The notes: generated by a model from the letters alone, not told the origin. DNA of 41,035 bases from Candidatus Eiseniibacteriota bacterium (GCA_046598045.1 JBKJJJ010000020.1:1-41035); one strand, 5' to 3'; positions 32,797 to 41,035 are shown, numbered from the stretch's first letter. A program made the numbers and translations.

Positions 32797-33953
32797 TTGC
32801 CTGCCGCCGACTTCGCGCCGGGCGCCGATGCCCGGGGGGGCCCGAGCGCCAGCGGCGCCAGCCCGGCCACCTGCCAGTGGCCTTCGACCTCCTTCATCCG
32901 CACCTCGATCCCCTTGTCGAGCAGGGAAGGCGCGCCGTACTGGAAGCGCATCGACTCGGCCCAGTGCGCGCCGGGCGCCGGCTCGGAGGCGCGCCACGAC
33001 TTCGGCGCGTGGAAAGAGCCGAGGCGCAGCGCCACCGCCTTGGCGTACACCGCGGGCGTGCTGGCGAGCGAGCGAGCGAGCGCCGACTGCCCGCCCTCGA
33101 GCGCGCGCAGGAAGAGCTCGAAGGTGGCGAACGGCGTCGCCACGGTGCGGCGGTCGAGCAGGCGGAAGCCGTCGTCGGTCCGCCGCCAGATGCGCTCGGA
33201 GAGGACCGGTGGCAGGTTCGTGTCGTGCACGAAGCGCTCGTCCGCTTCGCTCGTGACCCACTGCACCAGCTCGGCCACGCCGTCGTTGTCGAGGTCGACC
33301 AGCCGGGCGACGCCCGGGCCGGTCAGGTCGATGCTCCTGCCGGCGTACTGCACGGCGCCCCAGAACTCGGCCCGGCGCGACAGGCGGAGCATGGTGAAGG
33401 AGCCGATGCGCGGGTCGCCCGTGCGGCGGTAATCGACGAGCGCCATCTCGTAGGGACCGAGCTCGTTGCCGGTCCACCACACGTCCATCTGGAGGTGCCG
33501 GCCGCCCTCGAGCAGGATCGACTGTTTCATGAGGTCGTTGCCGCGCCACCAGAACAGGCTGGTCCACGCCGCGTAGCCCGCGAACTTGGGATTGAAGTAG
33601 GTCACGACGCAGAACTGCGGCAACTCGGGGTCCTGCGCCATCTCGACATCCAGCTTGAGGCTGTCGAGCACCGCCAGCACGCCGCGCGCGCCGCGCATCC
33701 CCGACGGGCCGAGCTGCGAAAACGAACGGCGCACCAGGCGATCGAGCAGGCCGAACGCCTTCGACTCGTTCGGTCCGACCGAGTCGGCAGTGCTCTGGTC
33801 CAGCAGCGTGCGCGCCTCGAGCGCCCACAACCGTGTCGAGTCGAAGCCCGCCGGCGTCCACGGGGCGGGGCGGATCGTCGTGTCCTGCGCGTGCGCCGGC
33901 GGGGCGAAGGCGGCGAGCGCCAGGCAGGCGAGCGCGACGGCGGCGCGCCTCAT
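32793..33953 (-). CDS. Secreted protein of unknown function, related to the downstream lipoprotein
   Basis: Sec signal MRRAAVALACLALAAFAPPAHA; DLDNDG loop; TPFATFELFLRAL...IEVRMKEVEGHWQV. ATGA overlap with DUF72. Confidence 0.82.
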   Translation of the reverse strand: MRRAAVALACLALAAFAPPAHAQDTTIRPAPWTPAGFDSTRLWALEARTLLDQSTADSVGPNESKAFGLLDRLVRRSFSQLGPSGMRGARGVLAVLDSLKLDVEMAQDPELPQFCVVTYFNPKFAGYAAWTSLFWWRGNDLMKQSILLEGGRHLQMDVWWTGNELGPYEMALVDYRRTGDPRIGSFTMLRLSRRAEFWGAVQYAGRSIDLTGPGVARLVDLDNDGVAELVQWVTSEADERFVHDTNLPPVLSERIWRRTDDGFRLLDRRTVATPFATFELFLRALEGGQSALARSLASTPAVYAKAVALRLGSFHAPKSWRASEPAPGAHWAESMRFQYGAPSLLDKGIEVRMKEVEGHWQVAGLAPLALGPPRASAPGAKSAAGK

Positions 33954-34759
33954 CGCACGCCCGCCATCAGGTCCTGCTGCAGCATGTCGCGCATCAGCAG
34001 CGCGTTGCGCGCGGCCTGCCCCGCGTGGCAGTTGTTGAAGAACACGTAGACCTTGCTGGCCTTCTCGGCGAGTTCCTTGATCTTCCGCACCCACTCCTCG
34101 AGTTCCTGCGGGGAATAGTCGTAGTCGTAGCGATCGCCGCCCCCGCGCCCCCACCAGGTCTCGCGATTGCGGCCGTGGAATCGCACGTATCCGACGTCGC
34201 CGGTCAGCCGGGCGAGCGGCGGAACGAGCCCTTGGAGCGCGGGTTCGTCCACCGAACAATAGCCCATGCCCCGATCCTCGAGGTACCGAAACACCTCGTC
34301 CTTGAGCCACGACGCGTGCCGAAATTCGACCACCAGAGGCCTGAGGGAAGCGAGCTCGGCGGCCAGCAGGTCGAGCCGCTTGCGCGCGCCCAAAGTCGGC
34401 CGAAACGCCCAAGGAAACTGCAACAGCACGCCCCGAAACTTGCCCGACTGGACGAGTGGCTCGACGCAGGCGCGAAAGGCGTCGAACGTCGCGGACGCGG
34501 GAGCGAGCTTCTCGTGCGTCATCTCCTGGTGCGCCTTGACGACGAATTCAAAACTCGCCGGCGTGCGGGCGTCGAGGCTCGCCATGGTCGAAGGCGGCGG
34601 GATCCGGTAGTAGGTCGAGTTGATCTCGACCGCGGTGAAGCGCCCGGCGTAGAGCTCGAGCATGGCGGCACGCCGCGTGCCGGGCGGGTAGAAGGGGCCG
34701 ACCCAGTCCTCGAACGAGAAGCCCGACGTGCCGAACACGATCTCGGGGGCGGACGACAT
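33950..34759 (-). CDS. DUF72 (YecE/YunF) family TIM-barrel protein
   Basis: GTSGFSFEDWVGPFYP, VEINSTYY, LLQFP, VEFRH, YVRFHGRN, YDYDYS, FFNN. Confidence 0.95.
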   Translation of the reverse strand: MSSAPEIVFGTSGFSFEDWVGPFYPPGTRRAAMLELYAGRFTAVEINSTYYRIPPPSTMASLDARTPASFEFVVKAHQEMTHEKLAPASATFDAFRACVEPLVQSGKFRGVLLQFPWAFRPTLGARKRLDLLAAELASLRPLVVEFRHASWLKDEVFRYLEDRGMGYCSVDEPALQGLVPPLARLTGDVGYVRFHGRNRETWWGRGGGDRYDYDYSPQELEEWVRKIKELAEKASKVYVFFNNCHAGQAARNALLMRDMLQQDLMAGVR

Positions 34760-34768
34760 TCCCCGGCC

Positions 34769-35929
34769 TCAGCGCAGCGCGGCCGCGCGCAGCACCGCGC
34801 GCTCGCCGTAGAGATCGCGCACCCGGTCGATCTGCCGCGTCAGCGCCCGGGCGCGGCGATCGCGCTCGAAGATCGAGGGCTGCTCGACGCCGTGCGGCTT
34901 GAGCAGCCCGGCCACGCTCACGCCGAGCAGGCGCACCGCGCGACGATCGCGATTCTCGCGAAACAGCCGGCGCGCCACCGCCTGGACCACGGTCTCGTCG
35001 TCCGTGAACTCGGCGAGCGCGCGCTGGCGGAGCACGGTCTCGTAGTCGGCATAGCGCAGCTTGAGCACGACCACGCGCCCCTGGTAGCCCTCCTTGCGCA
35101 TGCGGCGGGCAACCTGGTCGGAGAGCCGCACCAGGAGTCCTTCGAGCACGTCGGAGTCCCTGAGGTCGGTGAGCAGCGTGAACTCGTGGCCCATGCTCCG
35201 GGCGTCCACGCCCTCATAGTAGGGCACCACGTGGCTCGGGTCCTCGCCCCATGCCGCGACCTTCATGCGCGGCCCGTTGACGCCGAACGCCCCGGCCAGC
35301 CGCTCCTCGGGGAAGTGTGCGAGCTCGGCGATGGTGCGCATGCCGAGCCGGCCGAGCGCGGCCGAGGTCTGCTCCCCGATCCCCCACAGCGCGTTCACCG
35401 GCTGCGGCCAGAAGCGCCGACGGAACGCGTCCTGGTCGAGCCACGTCAGGCCTCGCGGCTTGTCGATTCCCGAGGCCATCTTGGCGATCAGCTTGTTGGG
35501 CCCCATCCCGACCGTGGCCGAGAGCCCGAGCCGCTCGCTCGTCCAGCGCTGGATCGTGCGCGCGGCGCCGGCGGCCGACGCGGCATCGCTGTCGTACGCC
35601 GTCCCGGCGAGATCGAGGAACGCCTCGTCGATGCTGAACGGTTCGACCATGGGGGTGACGCGTTTGTAGAGCTCGAGCAGGTAAACCGAGATCGAGCGGT
35701 ACTTCTCGGGCTGGCCCTCGAGAAAGACACCCCCGGGGCAGAGCCGGCGGGCCTCGCCCGTCGGCATGCCCGCGTGGACCCCGAACGTGCGCGCCTCGTA
35801 GGAGGCGGTCGCGACCGTGCCCCGGCGATCGGGATCTCCGCACACGACGACGGGACGCCCGATCAGCCGCGGGTTCGACGCCTGTTCGACGGCGGCGAAG
35901 AACGCGTCCATGTCGACATGCAGGATCAT
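34769..35929 (-). CDS. dinB: Y-family DNA polymerase IV
   Basis: ILHVDMDAFFAAVE, ASYEARTFGV, SIDEAFLD, NKLIAKMAS, KPRG, VRLLGV. Catalytic acidic residues are intact, so this is not ImuB. Confidence 0.95.
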   Translation of the reverse strand: MILHVDMDAFFAAVEQASNPRLIGRPVVVCGDPDRRGTVATASYEARTFGVHAGMPTGEARRLCPGGVFLEGQPEKYRSISVYLLELYKRVTPMVEPFSIDEAFLDLAGTAYDSDAASAAGAARTIQRWTSERLGLSATVGMGPNKLIAKMASGIDKPRGLTWLDQDAFRRRFWPQPVNALWGIGEQTSAALGRLGMRTIAELAHFPEERLAGAFGVNGPRMKVAAWGEDPSHVVPYYEGVDARSMGHEFTLLTDLRDSDVLEGLLVRLSDQVARRMRKEGYQGRVVVLKLRYADYETVLRQRALAEFTDDETVVQAVARRLFRENRDRRAVRLLGVSVAGLLKPHGVEQPSIFERDRRARALTRQIDRVRDLYGERAVLRAAALR

Positions 35930-36058
35930 GGGGCCTCGAATGCTTCCATCATCACCCTCGGGATCGGGTGTCCGTCGGCGGCGGGTCCCCACCCGGATCG
36001 CACAGCATCCTCGAACCGCACGACGGAACATCCCGAATCCCGAAGTCGAACAGCGTTG

Positions 36059-36514
36059 CTAGAGGTTCTTGAGCTTCTCCGTCAGGCGCGGCAGCTGCCG
36101 CGGGCTGACCGTCGCCAGCGCGTAGCGGTCGTTCCACGCCAGGTGGCCACCGAGCGCGACGCGCAGGTCGGGGCACTGGCGCAGCAGGGCGAGCGCGCTG
36201 CGGCCCTTGAGTTCGCGCACGATCGAGGCCGCGAGCTGCGACGGACGCAGGCTCACCACGAGGCGCACCTGGCCGGGCGTGATCGCGATCGCCTGCAGCT
36301 GGATCCCGCGCTCTTTGCACAGGTCGGCGAGGATCGTGCGCAGGGCGAGCGAGCGCTTCCCGACGAGGACCGGCGACTTGCCGCGCGTGCTCCACGTCAG
36401 GTGGTAGTGCAGGCGGGCGATGCAGACCGGCTGCCACTCGCGCCCGATCGCGCGTGCACTCGAACCCAAAGGCGAGGGGAAAGTCGTGGGGACGGCAAGA
36501 GCGATGGTCGACAT
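36059..36514 (-). CDS. IS200/IS605 TnpA (Y1 HUH) homolog lacking catalytic residues
   Basis: Fold motifs LHYHLTWSTR, ILADLC, ELKGRSA, WNDRY..TVS are present. The HUH motif reads GQVR and the YxxxQ helix reads KLKNL. SD AAGGAG. Confidence 0.8.
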   Translation of the reverse strand: MSTIALAVPTTFPSPLGSSARAIGREWQPVCIARLHYHLTWSTRGKSPVLVGKRSLALRTILADLCKERGIQLQAIAITPGQVRLVVSLRPSQLAASIVRELKGRSALALLRQCPDLRVALGGHLAWNDRYALATVSPRQLPRLTEKLKNL

Positions 36515-36547
36515 GGCGATCTCCTTGTGGTGGCGCGGGGGCGCGAG

Positions 36548-36561
36548 TGAACGTTTGTGCA
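36548..36561 (-). promoter_or_regulatory. Putative LexA (SOS) box
   Basis: TGCAC-AAAC-GTTCA on the minus strand, 33 bp before the TnpA-like ATG; one mismatch to the box upstream of lexA. Confidence 0.65.
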
Positions 36562-36651
36562 GTCGCTGCTCTTTTTGAAGGAGCGCCCCGGTTTTGGAGC
36601 GCTCCTCGCGACACCCCGAACCTTATCCGCGGGGTGGGACAGAATCCGGTT

Positions 36652-37359
36652 CTACCCCCGCCGGCTTGATCCCATGGGTCGTACCAGGCCCACCACCACG
36701 CCGACCACGCGGAAATCGTCGCCCTCGGTCACCCGCAGCGTCTTGAAATCCGGGTTCGCGGGCACGAGTTCGATCGCGTCGTCGGTCCGGCGGAACGTCT
36801 TCACGGTCGCATCCTCGCCCAGCACCGCGACCACGTCGTCACCGTCGCGCGCGTGCTCCTGCTTGCGCACCACGACCACGTCGCCGTCGAGGATCCCGCG
36901 GTCCTTCATGCTCAACCCATGCACGCGCAGCGCGAACAGGTCGCCGCTCGTCGGGAACAGGTCGTCCATCGCGAGGTGTCCCTCGACGTTCTCCTCGGCC
37001 AGCAGGGGCAAGCCCGCGGCCACGTGGCCCAGGATCGGGATGCCGGCCGCGGCCGGGCGCATCCTCCCGCCGTGGAGCCCCCGCCCGGGCGTCGACGGAC
37101 GCTCGGAGACGTACGCGGCGGCGGCGCCCATGAGGCCGTCCATCGGCATCCCGTCGACGGGCACGATGGCGCGCGACTTGCCCTTGATGCGCTCCTTCAC
37201 GTAACCCGCTTGTTCGAGCTGATTGAGGTAATAGCGCGTGCCGTTGGTCGACTTGAATCCGAACTCCGCTCCCACCTCGCGAATGGTCGGCGGGTAGCCG
37301 TGTTCGTGCGTGTATCGGACGATGAACTGGTAAACCGCGCGCGCCTTGTCGTTCAGCAT
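36652..37359 (-). CDS. lexA: SOS repressor LexA
   Basis: HGYPPTIREVG wHTH, cleavage site VAAG.P, catalytic GLSM Ser and TVK Lys. ATG 37359. Confidence 0.96.
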   Translation of the reverse strand: MLNDKARAVYQFIVRYTHEHGYPPTIREVGAEFGFKSTNGTRYYLNQLEQAGYVKERIKGKSRAIVPVDGMPMDGLMGAAAAYVSERPSTPGRGLHGGRMRPAAAGIPILGHVAAGLPLLAEENVEGHLAMDDLFPTSGDLFALRVHGLSMKDRGILDGDVVVVRKQEHARDGDDVVAVLGEDATVKTFRRTDDAIELVPANPDFKTLRVTEGDDFRVVGVVVGLVRPMGSSRRG

Positions 37360-37439
37360 GCGAGGGGCTCCGGGAACGGGGCCAAGGTCCCTCGGGGGCG
37401 CACCGTGCGACCCCACCCGGACCTCGAAGAACGCTGGGA

Positions 37440-37468
37440 AGCATGGTGCACGCATGTGCAAGGGTCAA
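37440..37468 (-). promoter_or_regulatory. lexA promoter with LexA box in the spacer
   Basis: TTGACC-17 bp-CATGCT. The spacer holds the palindrome TGCAC-N4-GTGCA (37447-37460). Confidence 0.8.
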
Positions 37469-37621
37469 GGACAATTCCGTGCAGCAGCCGGGGACCCTTG
37501 ACGGACCGGCATTCCAAGCCTATGGTGCCGCGATCCTTAGCCCGGGCGACGAATTTCGTCGGGAAGCGTGCGGGATGGATCGAGCGCACGACCCTCACCC
37601 CCGGAGGGAGTAGTGGATCCC

Positions 37622-37999
37622 ATGACTTTGCCCGCCTGCGGGCTGTGCGCGGCGCCGGCCGTCGCCGCACCGCGGCTCGTCATCCAGCAAGATCGCCATT
37701 TCGACTGTCCCCGCCGCCACGAGGTCGCGCTCTGCGAGGAGCACGGTTCGGCGCTGCGCTCGGGACTCCTCGCGCTCCATCAGCTGATCTTCGATTGGAC
37801 CCACAGGCACCACGCCCACCTGTACGACGGCACGCGCCTCGTGCTGCGCACCGAGTTGACCTGCCTGGGATGCAACGCCGCGTTGACCGGCGCCCCGGCG
37901 TCGAATGCCGAGGAGACGCCACTGCGCTGCGACGCGTGCGGCGGGACCAACGTGCTCGGCGCCGCGCTCGGACACCCGGCGATCGTGCGGTTCGCCTAG
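37622..37999 (+). CDS. Small putative double zinc-finger protein
   Basis: SD GGGAG; CGLC...CEEH and CLGC...CDAC pairs. Confidence 0.7.
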   Translation: MTLPACGLCAAPAVAAPRLVIQQDRHFDCPRRHEVALCEEHGSALRSGLLALHQLIFDWTHRHHAHLYDGTRLVLRTELTCLGCNAALTGAPASNAEETPLRCDACGGTNVLGAALGHPAIVRFA

Positions 38000-38331
38000 G
38001 CTCACTGCGCCCGATCGGCGAGACCGCGTCGGCGAGCGTCGACCCTTCGACGAAATCACGGAAGGTTGCGTCGGGAGGAGAGGGCGCGTTGAACGCGCGC
38101 GCCGCGACGCAGATGATTGCGCGCGGCGGGCTTGCGCTCGAGTCCGGGGCCGCGGAGGCCGCCCGTGCGACGGCGGCACGCCCCTTGCGATGGGCAGATT
38201 GCGTCGCTGGTTGCGGCTTCGGCCCGATCGGCGACACGATGAGCGGTGTGGGGCTGGACCCTCCGGGGCCGGCTGCTATCGGGGGCCAGTGCGGCCAAGG
38301 GAGTCCACCCCCACCGCGTCGTCGTCCTGCT

Positions 38332-40302
38332 CTATTGGGTGCGCACCGGATTCCCCGGAACGAACACGATCCGCATCGCGTCCCCCACCTTGCGGTCGTC
38401 CACCAGCAGCGTGACGAAGTAGACGCCCGGAGGCGCGCTGCCGCCGACGTCCCGCCGGCCGTCCCAGGTCGGCGCGGTCGCGAACTCGTAGTCCCCCGCC
38501 GCGAGCGAGCCCAGGTCGAAGCGCCGCACCGTGCGTCCCCCGAGGTCCCGGATCACGAGCGCGACCGATCCCGGCGCCACGAGATCGAACGGCAAGCTCA
38601 CCGTTCCGACCGCGGGCTGTGGCCTCGGCGGAAGCAGCGCCGAGCGCGTCCCGCCACCGCCGCCGCCGCCCGATTGCGGCACGATCACCGCGTTGAACGA
38701 CCGCGCGGAGCGCGCGGGGAGGGTCCCGTCCGCCTCGAGCTCGGCGTAGTAGAACCACCGCCCCGGTCCGGGGAAGTCATCCACCACCAGCGGGCAAGGA
38801 CCCGTGAACGGGTTGCCCGGCAACGCCACTGCCCCGGCCGGCACCGGCGGCGAAAACGGCGGGTTGCCCTGGCTCGATGCCCAGTTCAAGCGGTAGAGCC
38901 GTAGCACGCGCCCGGTGGCGTCCCCCGAACACACCATCGTGACCCGCACGGTGTCGGGCGACACGTACGACGCGCCGATGCCGAGGTCGCCGGCAAAGTC
39001 CTGGGTGAACGAGAACTTCGCGCGCAGCACCGATCCGAACGCCGGCGGCGCGGTCCACGTCGCGTACCAGCGATTGGCCGCGATGTCGTGCACCGCGTTC
39101 GGGAACGCGAGCGAGGTCTCCCACGACGTGCCGACCAGCTCGTAGGGCTGGTACCCCGCCGCCGTGCGCAGGCTCGAGTACACGCGAGGCGTCCCGGTCT
39201 GGCTGTAGTCCACCCACAATGCGCGGAAGACCAGGTCGTTGAGCGGGCCGACGCACAGCGGGCACGCGTGGCCCGAGGCGAACCCGACGTTGCTCCAATC
39301 GGGCGGATCGTTCTCGGCGCCGGCGACGACCGGCGCGGTGTTGAGCAGCGGGCCGGGGTGGAAGCCCGTCGCGTTCCAGGTCAGCTCGCGGATGTGGTCC
39401 TCGAGCTGGGTGCCGTTGGGCGACTCCCGCATGATCGCCACCAGCCGCACCGCGCCACTGGTGTCGGGCGCGGCGGCGAAACTGTAGAACGCGGTCGCCG
39501 TCAGGTCGTCCGCCGTCGGCGCCCAGCCGCCCAGGCCCGTCCAGCGCACGGCCTGCAGCAGGCTCGGCGCGTTCTTGAACGTGAAGAACGCGACCGGCGA
39601 GCCCGCCGTGGTCTCGACCAGCACGGGGTGGGTCTCGGCCAGCCCGTTGCTCGACAGCGGCTGCGCGATCGACCAGCCGGCGGCCGAGTGCACCGCGTAG
39701 ACGAGATCGCGATCGAGCGAGAACGGATCGCCGTCGGGAGCGACGCCCCACGTGAGCCAGGCCTCGTCCTGGCTGACCGCGAGAATCGAGAAGTCCACCT
39801 CCGGCGCCTTGTCGTTGACCAGCGGCACTTCGACCGCGACGGTCTCGGGCAGGGACCACGTGCCGCCGACCAGCCGCGCGGCGAGCAGAGCCGGCCCGCG
39901 GAACCCGGTGCCGCTCCCCAGGCGATTGTCGTCGCGCAGCCAGGCCACCCACACCGTGCCATCGGGCGCGCGCGAAACCTGCGGCAGCCGCTCCGACGCG
40001 GACGTGGGCGGGAACATCGCGACCGCCGGCGACCACGCGGTGCCAGTGAGCTTGCTCCACCGCATCTGCAGAGGATCGTTCCCGTTGGTGCGTCCGGACC
40101 ATACCGAGATCGCCTGCGCCGCGTCGTCGAACGCGATCTGCGCGCGCTCGGCCTCGAACGCGGGATCGACGTAGCCTTCGGTCGCCCAGCCGCTCTCGAG
40201 CGTGCGTTCGGAGGGCGGGGCCACGGCCGCGCGCGCGACCGGGTGGACGGCAAGCCCGAGGAGCAGCGCGAGCGCGGTGCGAACAGCCGGAAGTCGAATC
40301 AT
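38332..40302 (-). CDS. Secreted beta-propeller-like protein with Por/FlgD-like C-terminal domain
   Basis: Signal peptide; repeated beta motifs; Gly linker; tail PRPQPA...IRDLGGRTVR...WDGR...PGVYFVTL. Confidence 0.85.
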   Translation of the reverse strand: MIRLPAVRTALALLLGLAVHPVARAAVAPPSERTLESGWATEGYVDPAFEAERAQIAFDDAAQAISVWSGRTNGNDPLQMRWSKLTGTAWSPAVAMFPPTSASERLPQVSRAPDGTVWVAWLRDDNRLGSGTGFRGPALLAARLVGGTWSLPETVAVEVPLVNDKAPEVDFSILAVSQDEAWLTWGVAPDGDPFSLDRDLVYAVHSAAGWSIAQPLSSNGLAETHPVLVETTAGSPVAFFTFKNAPSLLQAVRWTGLGGWAPTADDLTATAFYSFAAAPDTSGAVRLVAIMRESPNGTQLEDHIRELTWNATGFHPGPLLNTAPVVAGAENDPPDWSNVGFASGHACPLCVGPLNDLVFRALWVDYSQTGTPRVYSSLRTAAGYQPYELVGTSWETSLAFPNAVHDIAANRWYATWTAPPAFGSVLRAKFSFTQDFAGDLGIGASYVSPDTVRVTMVCSGDATGRVLRLYRLNWASSQGNPPFSPPVPAGAVALPGNPFTGPCPLVVDDFPGPGRWFYYAELEADGTLPARSARSFNAVIVPQSGGGGGGGTRSALLPPRPQPAVGTVSLPFDLVAPGSVALVIRDLGGRTVRRFDLGSLAAGDYEFATAPTWDGRRDVGGSAPPGVYFVTLLVDDRKVGDAMRIVFVPGNPVRTQ

Positions 40303-40431
40303 GAAGGGCGCCTCTCGAAGACGAAAATGACCGGGAACGCGGCGGGGGGCCGCGGGGGAACGTCGGTTCCCCGACCCGGTCTTGGAATGCTTCGAGTGTG
40401 CTGGAATCGGCGGTTCGCGCCAACGCCAAAA

Positions 40432-41035
40432 TCAGGCGGCCCGGCGGACCACGCGTTCGACGGCGGAGAGCACTTCCTCGATGGTGAAGGGCTTGGCCAC
40501 GACCGCCGCGACGTTGCTCTCGGCCAGCATCCGGTCGTCGAGCTGGATTCCCCACCCGGTCACGAGGATGACGGGCGGCGGATCGGGCAGGGCGGCGACC
40601 GCCCGCGCCACGTCCCAACCCGAGAGGTCGGGCATGCCGAGGTCCGTCATCACGAGATCCCAGTCGGGATCCTGCTCCATGACCTGGAGCGCCTCCCGGC
40701 CGTGGGAGGCCTCGAACACGGTGTGGCCCACCGCGCGCATGAGGTCGGCGAGCAGCGTGCGCACGTTCGGCTCGTCGTCGATCACGAGCACGCGCAACGG
40801 CGGCATCGACGCCGGGCCAGGCCGCAGGGGCGAGGTCGTCGCCGGGCGTGGATCAGGGGTCTGTCCAGGCGCCGTCGCCACGGCCAGCGCCGGCAGGCGA
40901 ACCCGCATGCACGTGCCCCGCTGCGGGACGCTCTCGACCTCGATGCGACCGCCGTGGCGCTGCACGATGCCGTAGACGACGGACAGGCCGAGGCCGACGC
41001 CGCGCACGCCCTTGGTCGTGAAGAACGGATCGAAG
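40432..41035 (-). CDS. Hybrid sensor histidine kinase, C-terminal part (HATPase + REC); begins off the right edge
   Basis: FDPFFTTKG.RGVGLGLSVVYGIVQRHGG, then VLVIDDE...MTDLGMP...VTGW...AKPF. Confidence 0.93.
   Translation of the reverse strand, partial: FDPFFTTKGVRGVGLGLSVVYGIVQRHGGRIEVESVPQRGTCMRVRLPALAVATAPGQTPDPRPATTSPLRPGPASMPPLRVLVIDDEPNVRTLLADLMRAVGHTVFEASHGREALQVMEQDPDWDLVMTDLGMPDLSGWDVARAVAALPDPPPVILVTGWGIQLDDRMLAESNVAAVVAKPFTIEEVLSAVERVVRRAA

Noticed and set aside
34769..35929. ImuB of an imuA-imuB-dnaE2 cassette
   Set aside because: Catalytic DMDAFF and SIDE motifs are intact, and there is no imuA or dnaE2 here.
36059..36606. Active IS200/IS605 element (hairpin AGGAGCGC/GCGCTCCT at 36579-36606 as a possible end)
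   Set aside because: Catalytic residues are absent, there is no tnpB, and no matching hairpin was found on the other side. The hairpin also lacks a U-tract on the lexA strand, so it is not called as a terminator.
38000..38331. Possible gene or ncRNA between convergent genes
   Set aside because: No convincing ORF, SD or distinctive structure was seen.

Overview
Very GC-rich bacterial chromosomal window. The Por/FlgD-type C-terminal tails, outer-membrane barrels and Fibrobacter-type LexA box suggest a diderm FCB-related lineage such as Ca. Eisenbacteria (inference only). From left to right it holds: (1) a degenerate chemosensory-like cassette (MCP-like, CheA-like+REC, response regulator); (2) a conserved hypothetical gene behind a putative sigma-54 promoter; (3) lipoprotein-arfB-PaaI-methyltransferase; (4) an OM barrel gene coupled to guaB; (5) tRNA(CAU)-tilS-hpt-ftsH-folP, with a 448-aa LAGLIDADG+HTH intein in ftsH; (6) an ~8 kb opposite-strand block of exported proteins (two OM barrels, a Cyc2-like CxxCH-porin fusion, two kelch proteins) separating folP from cdaA; (7) cdaA with a MenA-like protein that lacks its catalytic motifs; (8) a cluster of 20-bp palindromes; (9) TetR/DCC1/TIGR01777; (10) a ~9 kb minus-strand SOS-type cluster: lexA, an apparently catalytically dead IS200 TnpA homolog with its own LexA-type box, dinB, DUF72, two paralogous exported proteins, MrfA-like helicase, MrfB-like exonuclease; (11) a Zn-finger protein, a secreted protein and a partial hybrid kinase. 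The best novelty candidate is the apparently domesticated, inactive Y1 transposase inside the SOS cluster. All family calls come from motif recognition by eye; no searches were run.
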